From the NCBI GenBank assembly GCA_016699875.1, contig CP064989.1:151380-184296 (forward strand): a stretch of 32,917 nucleotides of DNA, written 5' to 3'. This document shows positions 8,592 through 17,167 of the stretch, one piece after another. The notes under the pieces were generated by a model. It searched no databases and was not told where the DNA came from. It worked only from the letters and a program-made list of their open reading frames with translations. The DNA is from Candidatus Moraniibacteriota bacterium (GTDB taxonomy: Bacteria > Patescibacteriota > Minisyncoccia > Moranbacterales > UBA1568). Position 1 is the stretch's first letter; each line of letters starts with the position of its first letter. The position numbers and the translations under genes were made by a program.

Positions 8592-9734
8592 CTATTTTCT
8601 CCTGATACCCTTCTTTCGTCTTTTCTGACGACGCTTGGTTAATGGAGAAATGACCGATGGAGAAGAGGCCTCCGCACCGGGCGTCACAGGAGCTGAACCA
8701 AGAACCCCATCACCAAGTCCCAAAGAGGTCGGAGATGAAACAGATCGAGATACGACTTCCCTTCCGGCCGATTTTTGTTTTGATTCTTTTTTCTTTGCAT
8801 TCCCAGCCAAGGAAAGTTCGGCTTTCCGAAGCAGACGCTTCTTCCGGAAAATATTGCCGGATACCAAGAGTGCTGTCGCGATATAAATGGAAGAATACGT
8901 ACCGGCTGCCACACCGATAAGAAGCGCCAAAGAAAAAGATCGGATAGATTCACCTCCAAAAACACTAATCGCAATGAGCACGAGAATAACGGTAAATGAC
9001 GTATTGAAGGATCGGGCAATCGTCTGATTCAGCGATTGATTGACAACCTCCTCGAAATCTTCCATGCCACCGGATCGAATCAGATTCTCCCGGATACGGT
9101 CATAGACAACAATCGTATCATTCACCGAATAGCCAAGTATCGTAAGAAGTGCCGCAATAAATGGCGCGCCAACTTCCATGCCATAAAAATGACCGAGCAG
9201 GGAAAACGCTCCAAGCGTAATGATGATGTCATGCGCAAGCGCGACTGTCGCCTGAACACCATAGTGCCACGATGACACCGGACGCGACACGCCGCGAAAC
9301 GCCCAAGCGATATACAGAATAATGCCGATAACCGCCAAGAAGAGCGCGAGTACGGCATTCCTCTTGATACTCTCGGAAACCGAAGCGCCAATAAATTCAG
9401 AACGCACTAACTCGACCGACTCGTCGATTTTTTTCAATTCAGTAAGTACGGCCTCATTGATAGTCTCATCGGACGACGCATAGCGAATAAGCGCCGCATG
9501 ATCTCCTGACGGTTGCACCACCAAACTCCCGACGCCGGGAACGTCTTTCAGATGTTCTTCGATAGTATTTCGATCGGGAACATTCCCCTCGCTCCACGAT
9601 ACTTCAAGCAATGTCCCTCCTTTGAAATCGATGCCCAGCCTGAGTCCCCACACAGAAAGCATAGCAACGCTCGCCACCAAGAGCGCCGTCGAGAGCGCAT
9701 AGAAATATTTCCGCTGCTGAATAAGTCGTTTCAT
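8592..9734 (-). CDS. secF: Protein translocase subunit SecF with a long basic, low-complexity C-terminal tail
   Basis: LGIDFKGGTLLEV, six-TM SecF core (SVNDTIVVYDRIRENL, LNQTIARSFNTSFTVIL). I use ATG 9734 (MKRLIQQRKYFY), which sits 2 nt after the secD stop at 9737. The track extension to 9806 overlaps secD. Confidence 0.93.
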   Translation of the reverse strand: MKRLIQQRKYFYALSTALLVASVAMLSVWGLRLGIDFKGGTLLEVSWSEGNVPDRNTIEEHLKDVPGVGSLVVQPSGDHAALIRYASSDETINEAVLTELKKIDESVELVRSEFIGASVSESIKRNAVLALFLAVIGIILYIAWAFRGVSRPVSSWHYGVQATVALAHDIIITLGAFSLLGHFYGMEVGAPFIAALLTILGYSVNDTIVVYDRIRENLIRSGGMEDFEEVVNQSLNQTIARSFNTSFTVILVLIAISVFGGESIRSFSLALLIGVAAGTYSSIYIATALLVSGNIFRKKRLLRKAELSLAGNAKKKESKQKSAGREVVSRSVSSPTSLGLGDGVLGSAPVTPGAEASSPSVISPLTKRRQKRRKKGIRRK

Positions 9735-9736
9735 AC

Positions 9737-11434
9737 TCACAAAGAAGAAGAGGTATCCGGACGTTTCCGTTTCGGCAAGAGCAGAAACGGATATTTCTCT
9801 GTCCACGAACCAATGAACGCATCAAGCAGTGTTCGCGTCAGTACGATTGCCGTAAACATCGAAAACAAAACACCGATAAGAAGAATGAGCGCAAACCCTT
9901 TCACAAAACCCGTCCCCAGCCACATAAGAATAAGACAGGTCAAAAGCGTCGAGTAGTTTCCATCGCGTATCGACGGCCAGGCTCGCCGAAAACCTTCTTC
10001 AATAGCTTTCGAAAGATGTTTCCCCTGCTTCATTTCTTCCCAGGTCCGCTCGAAAATAAGAATATTCGCATCAACAGCCATACCGATCGAAAGAATAAAC
10101 CCGGCAATACCAGCAAGCGAGAGTGTAATGGGAAATGGCGTCAGACTCGAGAGTTTAAATATTGCAAAAAGAAGCCCGGCATACAGTGAAAGCGTAAACG
10201 CGGCAACCAATCCAAAGAATCGGTAGTAAGCAATGACAAAGAGCATCACCGCGCCAATGCCCACCACACCCGCAAAGAGACTCTGCCGAAGCGACTGCTC
10301 ACCGAGCGATGCCGACACAGTTTGTTGACCGATAAGCGTGATTGGTGCCGGAAGCGCTCCTTCGTTGAGTCGCGAGACAAGCGCCTTTGCCTCTGCAAGC
10401 GTATAGTTTCCCGTGATAACGGCTTGCCCGTTGGGAATTTCCGCCTGCACCGTCGGCGCACTGATAATATCGCCATCCAAAAGAATTGCGATCTGCTTGT
10501 CAATATTGCGCTTGGTGAGATCAGCGAAGAGCTTTGCTCCCTCGGTATCGAATTGGAGCGAAACCTGCGGAAGACCCAAGCCCTGCCCGCCACCATAATC
10601 CACAAAAGCATTCTTCAGATTCTTACCGGAGAGCCCGGTTGACTTGAATCGCGCTGTCTCTGGCAGCATGTCGAGCGTCTGCTTTGGAAACAAAATGTGC
10701 GAAGCGCGCACCTGATAATCATCACCCTCGCCCTTTTCATCCGTCTTCTTGATAATATGCCACCCGAAAGATGTTTCAACGAGATCCGGACACACAGTTC
10801 CGACCTTGAAATCCGAATTGAAAAGCACGTCGTCGAACTCCTTCACAAACTGTCCCTTCTTCACAAAATCCAAATCGCCGCCCTTATCAGCGGATCCGGG
10901 ATCCTTACTCTCCGTTTTCGCCAGTTCGGCAAAGTCAGCTCCTTTCTTGATGCGCTCGAACACCTCTTCCGCCTGTTTCTTTGATAATTCATTCAAGACA
11001 TCGAGTTGCTTCTGCACTGCTTCGGAGTTATCCTCTTGAAATTCAAGATAGGGCGTTTCTTTGAGCATCTTTTTCGCCTCGTCCACATCCTTCACTCCGG
11101 GCAATTCCACGATAATCCGATCCTCGCTGCCCGAACGCGAGAGCTGTACCAAAGGCTCTCCCACGCCGAATGCGTTTACGCGCCGCTCTATCACGGCAAG
11201 CGCCGCCTGGAGCGCGTCATTGCGCTTTTCCTCAGGAATCTGCGACGTATCCACGGCGTACTCAAGGTGAATACCGCCCTGCAAATCGAGCCCGAGATTC
11301 ACGCGCAACCCCAAGACCGCCGACCCGAGCCACGGCACGCGCGACACCGAACGAGGATACGCCAGTATCCCCGCGAAAACTGTGAGAAAAACAACTCCCA
11401 GCAACCGAAGCCGAAGTGCACGTCGTCTGTTCAT
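9737..11434 (-). CDS. secD: Protein translocase subunit SecD with an embedded parvulin-type PPIase-like module
   Basis: LGLDLQGGIHLEY, IERRVNAFGVGEPLVQ, AILLDGDIISAPTVQAEIPNGQAVITGNYTLAEAKALVSRLNEGALP and the C-terminal six-TM core (GMAVDANILIFER). ATG 11434 (MNRRRALRLRLLG) is preferred over the TTG at 11521. The parvulin-like segment is described in findings. Confidence 0.93.
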   Translation of the reverse strand: MNRRRALRLRLLGVVFLTVFAGILAYPRSVSRVPWLGSAVLGLRVNLGLDLQGGIHLEYAVDTSQIPEEKRNDALQAALAVIERRVNAFGVGEPLVQLSRSGSEDRIIVELPGVKDVDEAKKMLKETPYLEFQEDNSEAVQKQLDVLNELSKKQAEEVFERIKKGADFAELAKTESKDPGSADKGGDLDFVKKGQFVKEFDDVLFNSDFKVGTVCPDLVETSFGWHIIKKTDEKGEGDDYQVRASHILFPKQTLDMLPETARFKSTGLSGKNLKNAFVDYGGGQGLGLPQVSLQFDTEGAKLFADLTKRNIDKQIAILLDGDIISAPTVQAEIPNGQAVITGNYTLAEAKALVSRLNEGALPAPITLIGQQTVSASLGEQSLRQSLFAGVVGIGAVMLFVIAYYRFFGLVAAFTLSLYAGLLFAIFKLSSLTPFPITLSLAGIAGFILSIGMAVDANILIFERTWEEMKQGKHLSKAIEEGFRRAWPSIRDGNYSTLLTCLILMWLGTGFVKGFALILLIGVLFSMFTAIVLTRTLLDAFIGSWTEKYPFLLLPKRKRPDTSSSL

Positions 11435-11443
11435 AATACGCTC

Positions 11444-11472
11444 AGTATACGAACTTCCTCGCCTCCTCGCAA
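11444..11472 (-). promoter_or_regulatory. Possible sigma-70-like promoter immediately upstream of secD
   Basis: Minus strand reads TTGCGA (11472-11467), a 17-nt spacer, then TATACT (11449-11444). Only 9 nt separate the -10 element from the ATG at 11434. Confidence 0.3.
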
Positions 11473-11750
11473 CTCTTGACGTTTCCACAAGTATATGAAA
11501 AGGCGGATCACATCTCTGCAACCCGCCTATACTTTATCGTTTTTAACCCCCTCCTTGATCAGAGCGAGCTATGTCCCACCCCAGCCAAGGAATATCTTCC
11601 CGGCGAGACTAATGAAAATGCATACAAATCCAATGACTGCAAGGACGGCCAGTATCTCAACCGGCCGCTCCCTAAGAATTCGTAAGATTTCCATGCAACC
11701 ACTAGCCAGCCGACCAAGGGAGAGTACTTTCCAAAAATTCTTCAGATATT

Positions 11751-12008
11751 TCACTGTGGTTGCCTCGTCTCGTAGGAAGCATAGGATCGATCCTGACACC
11801 TTCTGTAAGCATCAGGAGGATATTGTTCTGACCATTGCCAACACTTGAAAGCCGTTGGTCGACTATCCATTCGGACAGAGGACAGCTGTTCATTCGGCAC
11901 AGCGGAACGAAAGAACATATGCCCAACCAGTGCCAAAGCAATGATGAGGCAAAAAGTAACACTGATGGCTCCACCTGCCGTGAACCGGTGTTGAAGATAT
12001 GACTTCAT
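11751..12008 (-). CDS. Possible small membrane protein (85 aa)
   Basis: The internal ATG at 12008 overlaps the stop of the upstream lipoprotein gene (ATGA). One predicted TM (AISVTFCLIIALALVGHMFF). The C-terminal half has no recognisable features, and competing ORFs exist in the other minus-strand frames. Confidence 0.3.
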   Translation of the reverse strand: MKSYLQHRFTAGGAISVTFCLIIALALVGHMFFRSAVPNEQLSSVRMDSRPTAFKCWQWSEQYPPDAYRRCQDRSYASYETRQPQ

Positions 12009-12457
12009 TTCCGTGACTTCCCGGGGCGAGCAGGACGGGACACTTTGCTCGTGGCAATCCTCCGATCCTTCTTTGCCATACGCACCCGCAATTTCACGAG
12101 CTGCTTCTGCTTGGCAAAAGCAAACCCCAATTCTTGGCATCTGCCATATCTGTCCAGTGTCGCGTGACTCTTGATAAGCGAGACACATTGAGGAAACGCT
12201 TTTGAAAATTTGAGCTGGAATCTCTGGTCATCGGAAAGACCGGCAATGATGTAATCGGTGAGACACTGCCGATAATCCTTATTAACTCCGTGGATCCGAT
12301 ATGTCGGCTCGCACTGTTCGAGCGGCGTCATGCTCGATTGGGGATTGCCAGCAACTATTGGCGCTGTGCCATTCCCCTGAAATATCCCAGGTCCGGCACA
12401 TCCGGACAGAACCAACAAGACGCCCAACGCGACAAGTAACCTAGTCCTAGTTTTCAT
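12005..12457 (-). CDS. Putative lipoprotein, function unknown
   Basis: ATG 12457 is preceded by GGAGG (complement of 12468-12472) at 10-nt spacing. Signal peptide with lipobox: MKTRTRLLVALGVLLVLSGC. Cys-rich mature part and a basic tail. Confidence 0.7.
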   Translation of the reverse strand: MKTRTRLLVALGVLLVLSGCAGPGIFQGNGTAPIVAGNPQSSMTPLEQCEPTYRIHGVNKDYRQCLTDYIIAGLSDDQRFQLKFSKAFPQCVSLIKSHATLDRYGRCQELGFAFAKQKQLVKLRVRMAKKDRRIATSKVSRPARPGKSRK

Positions 12458-12528
12458 TTTTAATGTACCTCCAAACACGACCGAAACTGGTCGTATTCTT
12501 TCTACCACGATTTTCAAACAAAGTCAAG

Positions 12529-13038
12529 TCATTTTGACAAAATAGACTGTGCCGATCGGAGAAGACTCTTGGCATTGTCGAATGTCGCCCGCTCAACCGC
12601 CCGATCAAATGACAGCCAGACACTATCGAGATGCTCTTCGGACAGACGAACCGGCGGCGCTTCCGGCACACTTTCCGCCAAGAAAAAATGCACCGTTTTA
12701 AAGATAAGAAGCGCACGACCCTCCTTCCGGCGGCGCTCCCGTTCTGTCCCTTTCGCCGTATAGAAAAAATGTATCCTTCGGTGAAAACCCGGTACAAGCC
12801 GCAAATTCGTGAGACCTGCTTCCTCTTCCGTTTCCCGGCGCGCCGCCATTTCCAATGTCTCACCCACTTCCACATGCCCCTTGGGAAAGTCCCAGTGCCG
12901 ATGGCGATACTGCAGAAGCAAAAACCGCCGCATCCCGTCCGGCTCACGTCGAAACACCACCGCTCCCGCCGATACCTCATAGGAAATCGGGAGACCAAAC
13001 AAACGATCTATCCCCGGTTTGTTATTAAAAAATTTCAT
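12529..13038 (-). CDS. NUDIX hydrolase
   Basis: Canonical Nudix box GHVEVGETLEMAARRETEEEAGL (GX5EX7REUXEEXGU). ATG at 13038. Confidence 0.9.
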   Translation of the reverse strand: MKFFNNKPGIDRLFGLPISYEVSAGAVVFRREPDGMRRFLLLQYRHRHWDFPKGHVEVGETLEMAARRETEEEAGLTNLRLVPGFHRRIHFFYTAKGTERERRRKEGRALLIFKTVHFFLAESVPEAPPVRLSEEHLDSVWLSFDRAVERATFDNAKSLLRSAQSILSK

Positions 13039-13054
13039 GATAATTTTGTCAAAG

Positions 13055-13405
13055 CTATGTATGCATAGCTATATTCATCCCTAACCACAGTACAAATAAT
13101 GCGCACAGAAAAGAAACTGCGAGTGAGAACACTATTCTAGTCTTTATTGAGCTAAAGAGAAATACACTGAAAAGACCAGCGGCAAAAAAGGTGAGAATAA
13201 ACCTACTTGCCGAATGAGCAGCAATTACTACCAAAGTATAGATCGGTCGAGAATGGTCAAGTTGCACCACATTATCTACGATGTTGACTCCTGTCCAAGC
13301 AACAAAACCGCCCTCCGTGATACACCAATAGATTGCAACAAAAAACAGTGGCCATCCAATTAAGTGGGTTAGCGCTCTCTCAATTCTACTACTGAGCTCC
13401 AACAT
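13055..13405 (-). CDS. Hypothetical integral membrane protein (116 aa, 3-4 TM)
   Basis: ATG at 13405. Hydrophobic segments WPLFFVAIYWCI, IYTLVVIAAHSASRFILTFFAAGLFSVFLF and IVFSLAVSFLCALFVLWL. Locally lower G+C. No family recognised. Confidence 0.55.
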   Translation of the reverse strand: MLELSSRIERALTHLIGWPLFFVAIYWCITEGGFVAWTGVNIVDNVVQLDHSRPIYTLVVIAAHSASRFILTFFAAGLFSVFLFSSIKTRIVFSLAVSFLCALFVLWLGMNIAMHT

Positions 13406-13440
13406 AGGGTCATAGGGTTACGTAAAATACACATTCATAT

Positions 13441-14199
13441 TTAGACATGTGAAAAAATACCACTTATACGCTCTCGGACAGCCAGAGCAGCAAGCTTCGC
13501 CAGAACATGATGTTCACCAAACCGATCGACATGAGCCGTTCCAGCACAAGCACCATCCCGCCACACGGAGAAAGACTCACCGGTCGGTACGCGCCCGACT
13601 TCCCTTGCCTGCCATTCGGAACCGTCTGAAAATCCAAACGATGTCCGACTTCCCGGAAACGCTTTCGAAATTTCCCGGAACCTCTCTGAATCGCCGTTAA
13701 ATATCAAGACTCCGCTCGGCTTCATACTCCGCACCAAAAGCCGATACTCTTTTGCCAGTGCATCGACACCCGGAAACCGTTCAACATATCGGCTCGTCAT
13801 ATCTGTGAGAACGACAACATCCGGATGGACAATCGAGAGAAGATACCGCATATCCCCACGATCCGACACGCCGAATTCCAAGACAATCACCCGGGGAAAA
13901 GAAGACCGAAACACCGCATGAATCGACTGCCACAAAATGGGTAGCCACGCCCGATAGTCGCCATACCCGCTTGAGAGCCCGAGAATGGAAAGCGGCATAC
14001 CGATATCGGTATTGAAATTCCGCGGCGTCACCCGCACCGAGCATGATTCCTTCTCCAGTATCGCCAATATCTCATCCTTGACAAACGATTTGTTCGTCGA
14101 ACCGGCGATGGCGATCACCAAAGGACGGTGAAGTGCAAGCGCAAGCTTCGCCATACATTTAAGAAAGTATCGGAGAAACAATTTCAGAATCCACCGCAT
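13441..14199 (-). CDS. Mur ligase family protein, MurF-like central domain only (252 aa), degenerate P-loop
   Basis: From ATG 14199: LVIAIAGSTNKSFVKDE aligns with the MurF GSSGKT P-loop. NFNTDIGMPLSIL, VLEFGVSDRGDMRYLLSIVHPDVVVLTDM and GEHHVLAKLAALA track the MurF central domain. The track ORF extension to 14421 overlaps the aminotransferase gene. Confidence 0.7.
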   Translation of the reverse strand: MRWILKLFLRYFLKCMAKLALALHRPLVIAIAGSTNKSFVKDEILAILEKESCSVRVTPRNFNTDIGMPLSILGLSSGYGDYRAWLPILWQSIHAVFRSSFPRVIVLEFGVSDRGDMRYLLSIVHPDVVVLTDMTSRYVERFPGVDALAKEYRLLVRSMKPSGVLIFNGDSERFREISKAFPGSRTSFGFSDGSEWQAREVGRVPTGESFSVWRDGACAGTAHVDRFGEHHVLAKLAALAVRERISGIFSHV

Positions 14200-14249
14200 A
14201 GAGAACTCTTGAAGAGACAAGGAATCGCTAACACAGATACAAAGACACT

Positions 14250-15455
14250 CTAAGGACGACGCTTTCGACAATATGCTTCGATTCGATCGAATGCGTGATT
14301 GATTTCTTCTTCCGTCTTGCCGAAGCTGAATCGGATGTGTCCCTCGCCGTTCTGCCCGAAGGCGACGCCCGGCACAGTTACCACTTGTGCCGACGAAAGC
14401 AATCCAAGCGACGCGCGCCACGAGAGGCTTCCCGGAAATTCATCGTTTTCATCAAACATCTCCGGCTGCAAAATTTTCGGAAAGACATAGTAGGCGCTTG
14501 TCGGTTTCCGGTAACGGAAAAATTCCGAGAGCCAGTCAAGACGGGAACATATGAGATCGCGGCGCGCCCGATACTCTACATTGAACCGTTCCACATCCTC
14601 ATCCGCCGTCTCGAGCGCGCCCATCGCCGCATACTGCGATATCACTGGCGCGCACGTAACCAACGAATCGTGCACTTTGAGAATTTCCGCAACAACCGAT
14701 CGGTCACTATGAAGATAGCCGATCCGCCACCCGGTCATCGCATACGTTTTGGAAAAACTGAAAAGCCGAATCACCCTCGATCGCAGCTCGGGAATTTCCG
14801 CAAGACTGAACAGTTTTTCCGTACGGTCAAAAACAAGATCTTTGTACACTTCATCGGAGATAAGAAAGAGGTTGTGCTTCTCCGCAAGCGCCGCCAGTCC
14901 GAGAAGCTGCTCCTTCGTATACGTCGTACCGGTCGGATTGTTCGGATTGCAATAGAAGATCGCTTTTGTCTTCGGCGTAATCGCCCGCTCATATTTCTCC
15001 AAATCAAACGCCCAGCCGTGCTCCTCATCAAGCGGAACGAAAACCGGCACGCACCCGGCAAGCATGATCACTTCCCGATAGGAGGTATAGGTCGGTTCCG
15101 GAATAATCACTTCGTCCCCCGGATTGGTAATCGCCAAGATCGTCGCCGTAATGCCCTCGATAGATCCTGCCGTCACCACTATTTCTTTCTGCCAATCATA
15201 GAACATATTCTCGCGAGCCAAACAGACTTCAATAAGCTCGCGCAATTCCGGCAAACCCGGCGAGAGCGAATAGCGCGCCACCACTCCATCGCGAAGCGCT
15301 CGCTCTACGCGGCGTTTGATGCACGACGGCGTATCAAAACTCGGCACGCCCTGCGCAAGCGAGATCGCATCCGGAAACTTCGAAGCCTGAAGCTCCATCT
15401 GCTTGATCACTGAAAGCCGAAGATTTCGAGTTCGCTCAAACACAAGCGTATCCAC
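14250..15455 (-). CDS. Pyridoxal-phosphate-dependent aminotransferase, class I/II (aspartate/aromatic aminotransferase-like)
   Basis: AISLAQGVPSFDTP, NPNNPTGTTYT and the PLP-lysine motif SFSKTYAMTGWRIGY. GTG start at 15455, 6 nt after the upstream stop. Confidence 0.93.
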   Translation of the reverse strand: MDTLVFERTRNLRLSVIKQMELQASKFPDAISLAQGVPSFDTPSCIKRRVERALRDGVVARYSLSPGLPELRELIEVCLARENMFYDWQKEIVVTAGSIEGITATILAITNPGDEVIIPEPTYTSYREVIMLAGCVPVFVPLDEEHGWAFDLEKYERAITPKTKAIFYCNPNNPTGTTYTKEQLLGLAALAEKHNLFLISDEVYKDLVFDRTEKLFSLAEIPELRSRVIRLFSFSKTYAMTGWRIGYLHSDRSVVAEILKVHDSLVTCAPVISQYAAMGALETADEDVERFNVEYRARRDLICSRLDWLSEFFRYRKPTSAYYVFPKILQPEMFDENDEFPGSLSWRASLGLLSSAQVVTVPGVAFGQNGEGHIRFSFGKTEEEINHAFDRIEAYCRKRRP

Positions 15456-15461
15456 ATCCGT

Positions 15462-16715
15462 TTATTCCCCGCGTATCGCCCGAATCGGATCTATCTTTGA
15501 CGCCTTCCACGCCGGATACGTCCCAAAGACTATTCCCGACAGAAAAGCAAACGCCACCGCAAACAGAACATTGTATATCGAAAACACAAAGGCAATCGAA
15601 AATCCAAGTGCTGCAATCGCCGAGAAAGCGAAGAAAATAATCACAAACGAAAGTGCGATCCCGATCGTCCCGCCGACAATCGCCACCAGAATCGCCTCCA
15701 CCAAAAACTGCCGCAAGATATCCCGCGGCCGCGCGCCCACCGCCTTGCGAAGCCCGATCTCCGGCGTCCGTTCGGCAACTGACACGAACATCACATTCAT
15801 AATGCCCACTCCGCCCACAACGAGCGAGATAGACGCGAGCGCCACCAAAAGAATTTGCACCGCACCAAAGACCGACTGCACCAAGGTCTGCGCCTCTTTG
15901 ATGGTCGTCACGGCATAGTCCTCTTGCCCGGCTTTGCGAATATCGTGCCGATCACGCAAGAGATCATATATCTCTCGCGCTGTCTCGTCGACGCGAGAGC
16001 CATCCCGTGCCGCCACTGTGAAGAAGCTCACGTAGTCGACACCGAGGATTTTCTTCTGCATGGTACGCAGAGGAATATACGCGAAATCATCGAAATTGAC
16101 AAACCCCGTCGAGCCGCGCTCTTTGATCACGCCCGCAACGCGATAACGCTGCCCTTTGATCGTAATCGACTGCCCCAACGCACTGCTCTCTCCGAAAAAC
16201 GTTTTCTTGATACCGGCGCCAAGCACTACTGTCTGCGCAATGCCTCGATCGTCGGCATTCGTATAGAAGCTCCCTTCGGTCAGAACAATATTCCGATCAA
16301 TTTGCGGCGCACCCGCCGTCGCTCCGAGAAGAAATATCTGTTTGTTTGTCTCATCCCGACTCGCGAGCGCCTGCCCAACGATGCCTGCATAGTACCCCGA
16401 GACATTCGGCAAGCGCGCAACCGCATCCGCATCGTCGAGCGTGAGCGTCGTCACTTGTATACCCTGCGCGATTCCCGTCGCATTCCCGGACGAATTCCGC
16501 CCTGCCGACGGCACCTTCACCTCGACCTGAATGCTATTGTCCCCGAAGCTCTTCACCTGATCGAGCACGAATCCCTCGACCGCATCCCCCGCCGACGCGA
16601 CTGTCATGATGGCGACTGTCCCGATGATAATTCCCGAGAGCGTGAGCAATGTCCTCCCGGCATTCGCCGCAAGACTCTTCACCGCAAAAGACAACGAAAG
16701 AAGCAGTTCGTGCAT
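15462..16715 (-). CDS. ABC transporter permease, MacB/FtsX family (copy 1)
   Basis: N-terminal TM, a large periplasmic MacB_PCD-like domain and a C-terminal FtsX domain (SISLVVGGVGIMNVMFVSVAERTPEIGLRKAVGARPRDILRQFLVEA). ATG 16715 (MHELLLSL) is preferred over TTG 16769. Confidence 0.9.
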   Translation of the reverse strand: MHELLLSLSFAVKSLAANAGRTLLTLSGIIIGTVAIMTVASAGDAVEGFVLDQVKSFGDNSIQVEVKVPSAGRNSSGNATGIAQGIQVTTLTLDDADAVARLPNVSGYYAGIVGQALASRDETNKQIFLLGATAGAPQIDRNIVLTEGSFYTNADDRGIAQTVVLGAGIKKTFFGESSALGQSITIKGQRYRVAGVIKERGSTGFVNFDDFAYIPLRTMQKKILGVDYVSFFTVAARDGSRVDETAREIYDLLRDRHDIRKAGQEDYAVTTIKEAQTLVQSVFGAVQILLVALASISLVVGGVGIMNVMFVSVAERTPEIGLRKAVGARPRDILRQFLVEAILVAIVGGTIGIALSFVIIFFAFSAIAALGFSIAFVFSIYNVLFAVAFAFLSGIVFGTYPAWKASKIDPIRAIRGE

Positions 16716-16881
16716 CCCGAAAAAAAACCCGTTACACTTCTTCACCTTATCACAAAGAAGACTCCACAAGAAGCGTTTTTTAGTATAAAACCAGAAGAAA
16801 AAGTGACTCTCTCACCCCCCCCTTCCTTTTTGCTCGCCTGCTTTGGCTTCGCCCCCAAAACTTTTCGGCGGGACGGCGGCT

Positions 16882-16903
16882 AATTTAGCTTCAATTTAGC
16901 TTC
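16882..16903. repeat. Tandem 11-bp direct repeat at the left composition boundary
   Basis: aatttagcttc occurs at 16882-16892 and again at 16893-16903. Confidence 0.8.
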
Positions 16904-17167
16904 ATCTGCTGTTTTATCTCTCTCAAATATGCTGTTGATTTCTGTTTCAATATATCGATATTAATACTTGTGTTTTTTTCAAAATTTTCAAAATCTTGAA
17001 AATCATCTCCTAAATTGTTTCTCTTAAAATAACTCAAAAAAAACCAAATTAATGACTAAATTATCCATAGCAACAATTGCCCCAAGTACGACAAACAAGC
17101 AAAAATAAGGGTTTTATTTGTGGAATTTTTTCTTCTGCAATATGAAGTAATTTTTTAAGTCCATATT

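Noticed and set aside
13044-13061. Hairpin agctatg-tatg-catagct overlapping the stop of the 116-aa membrane protein gene.
   Set aside because: The stem is short (7 bp) and AT-rich with no following T-tract. It is probably insignificant.
14200-14421. N-terminal 74-codon extension of the Mur-ligase-like ORF.
   Set aside because: It overlaps the 3' end of the aminotransferase gene in another frame and is Arg-rich nonsense. The ATG at 14199 precedes the recognisable domain.
14295-15413. Long plus-strand ORF (372 aa) antisense to the aminotransferase gene. Similar antisense ORFs occur at 15855-16883, 24800-25600, 6944-7795 and 4719-5432.
   Set aside because: All are Arg/Ser/Pro-rich with no recognisable motifs, and each lies exactly opposite a well-supported minus-strand gene. 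They are typical shadow ORFs.
16905-17167. AT-rich non-coding stretch downstream of the DUF4145 gene, examined for small genes, RNAs or gene remnants.
   Set aside because: It contains only very short ORFs (17 aa or fewer with ATG) and a weak AT hairpin (16985-17002). One minus-strand frame reads through about 48 codons without a start codon and could be a gene remnant, but I cannot support any call.
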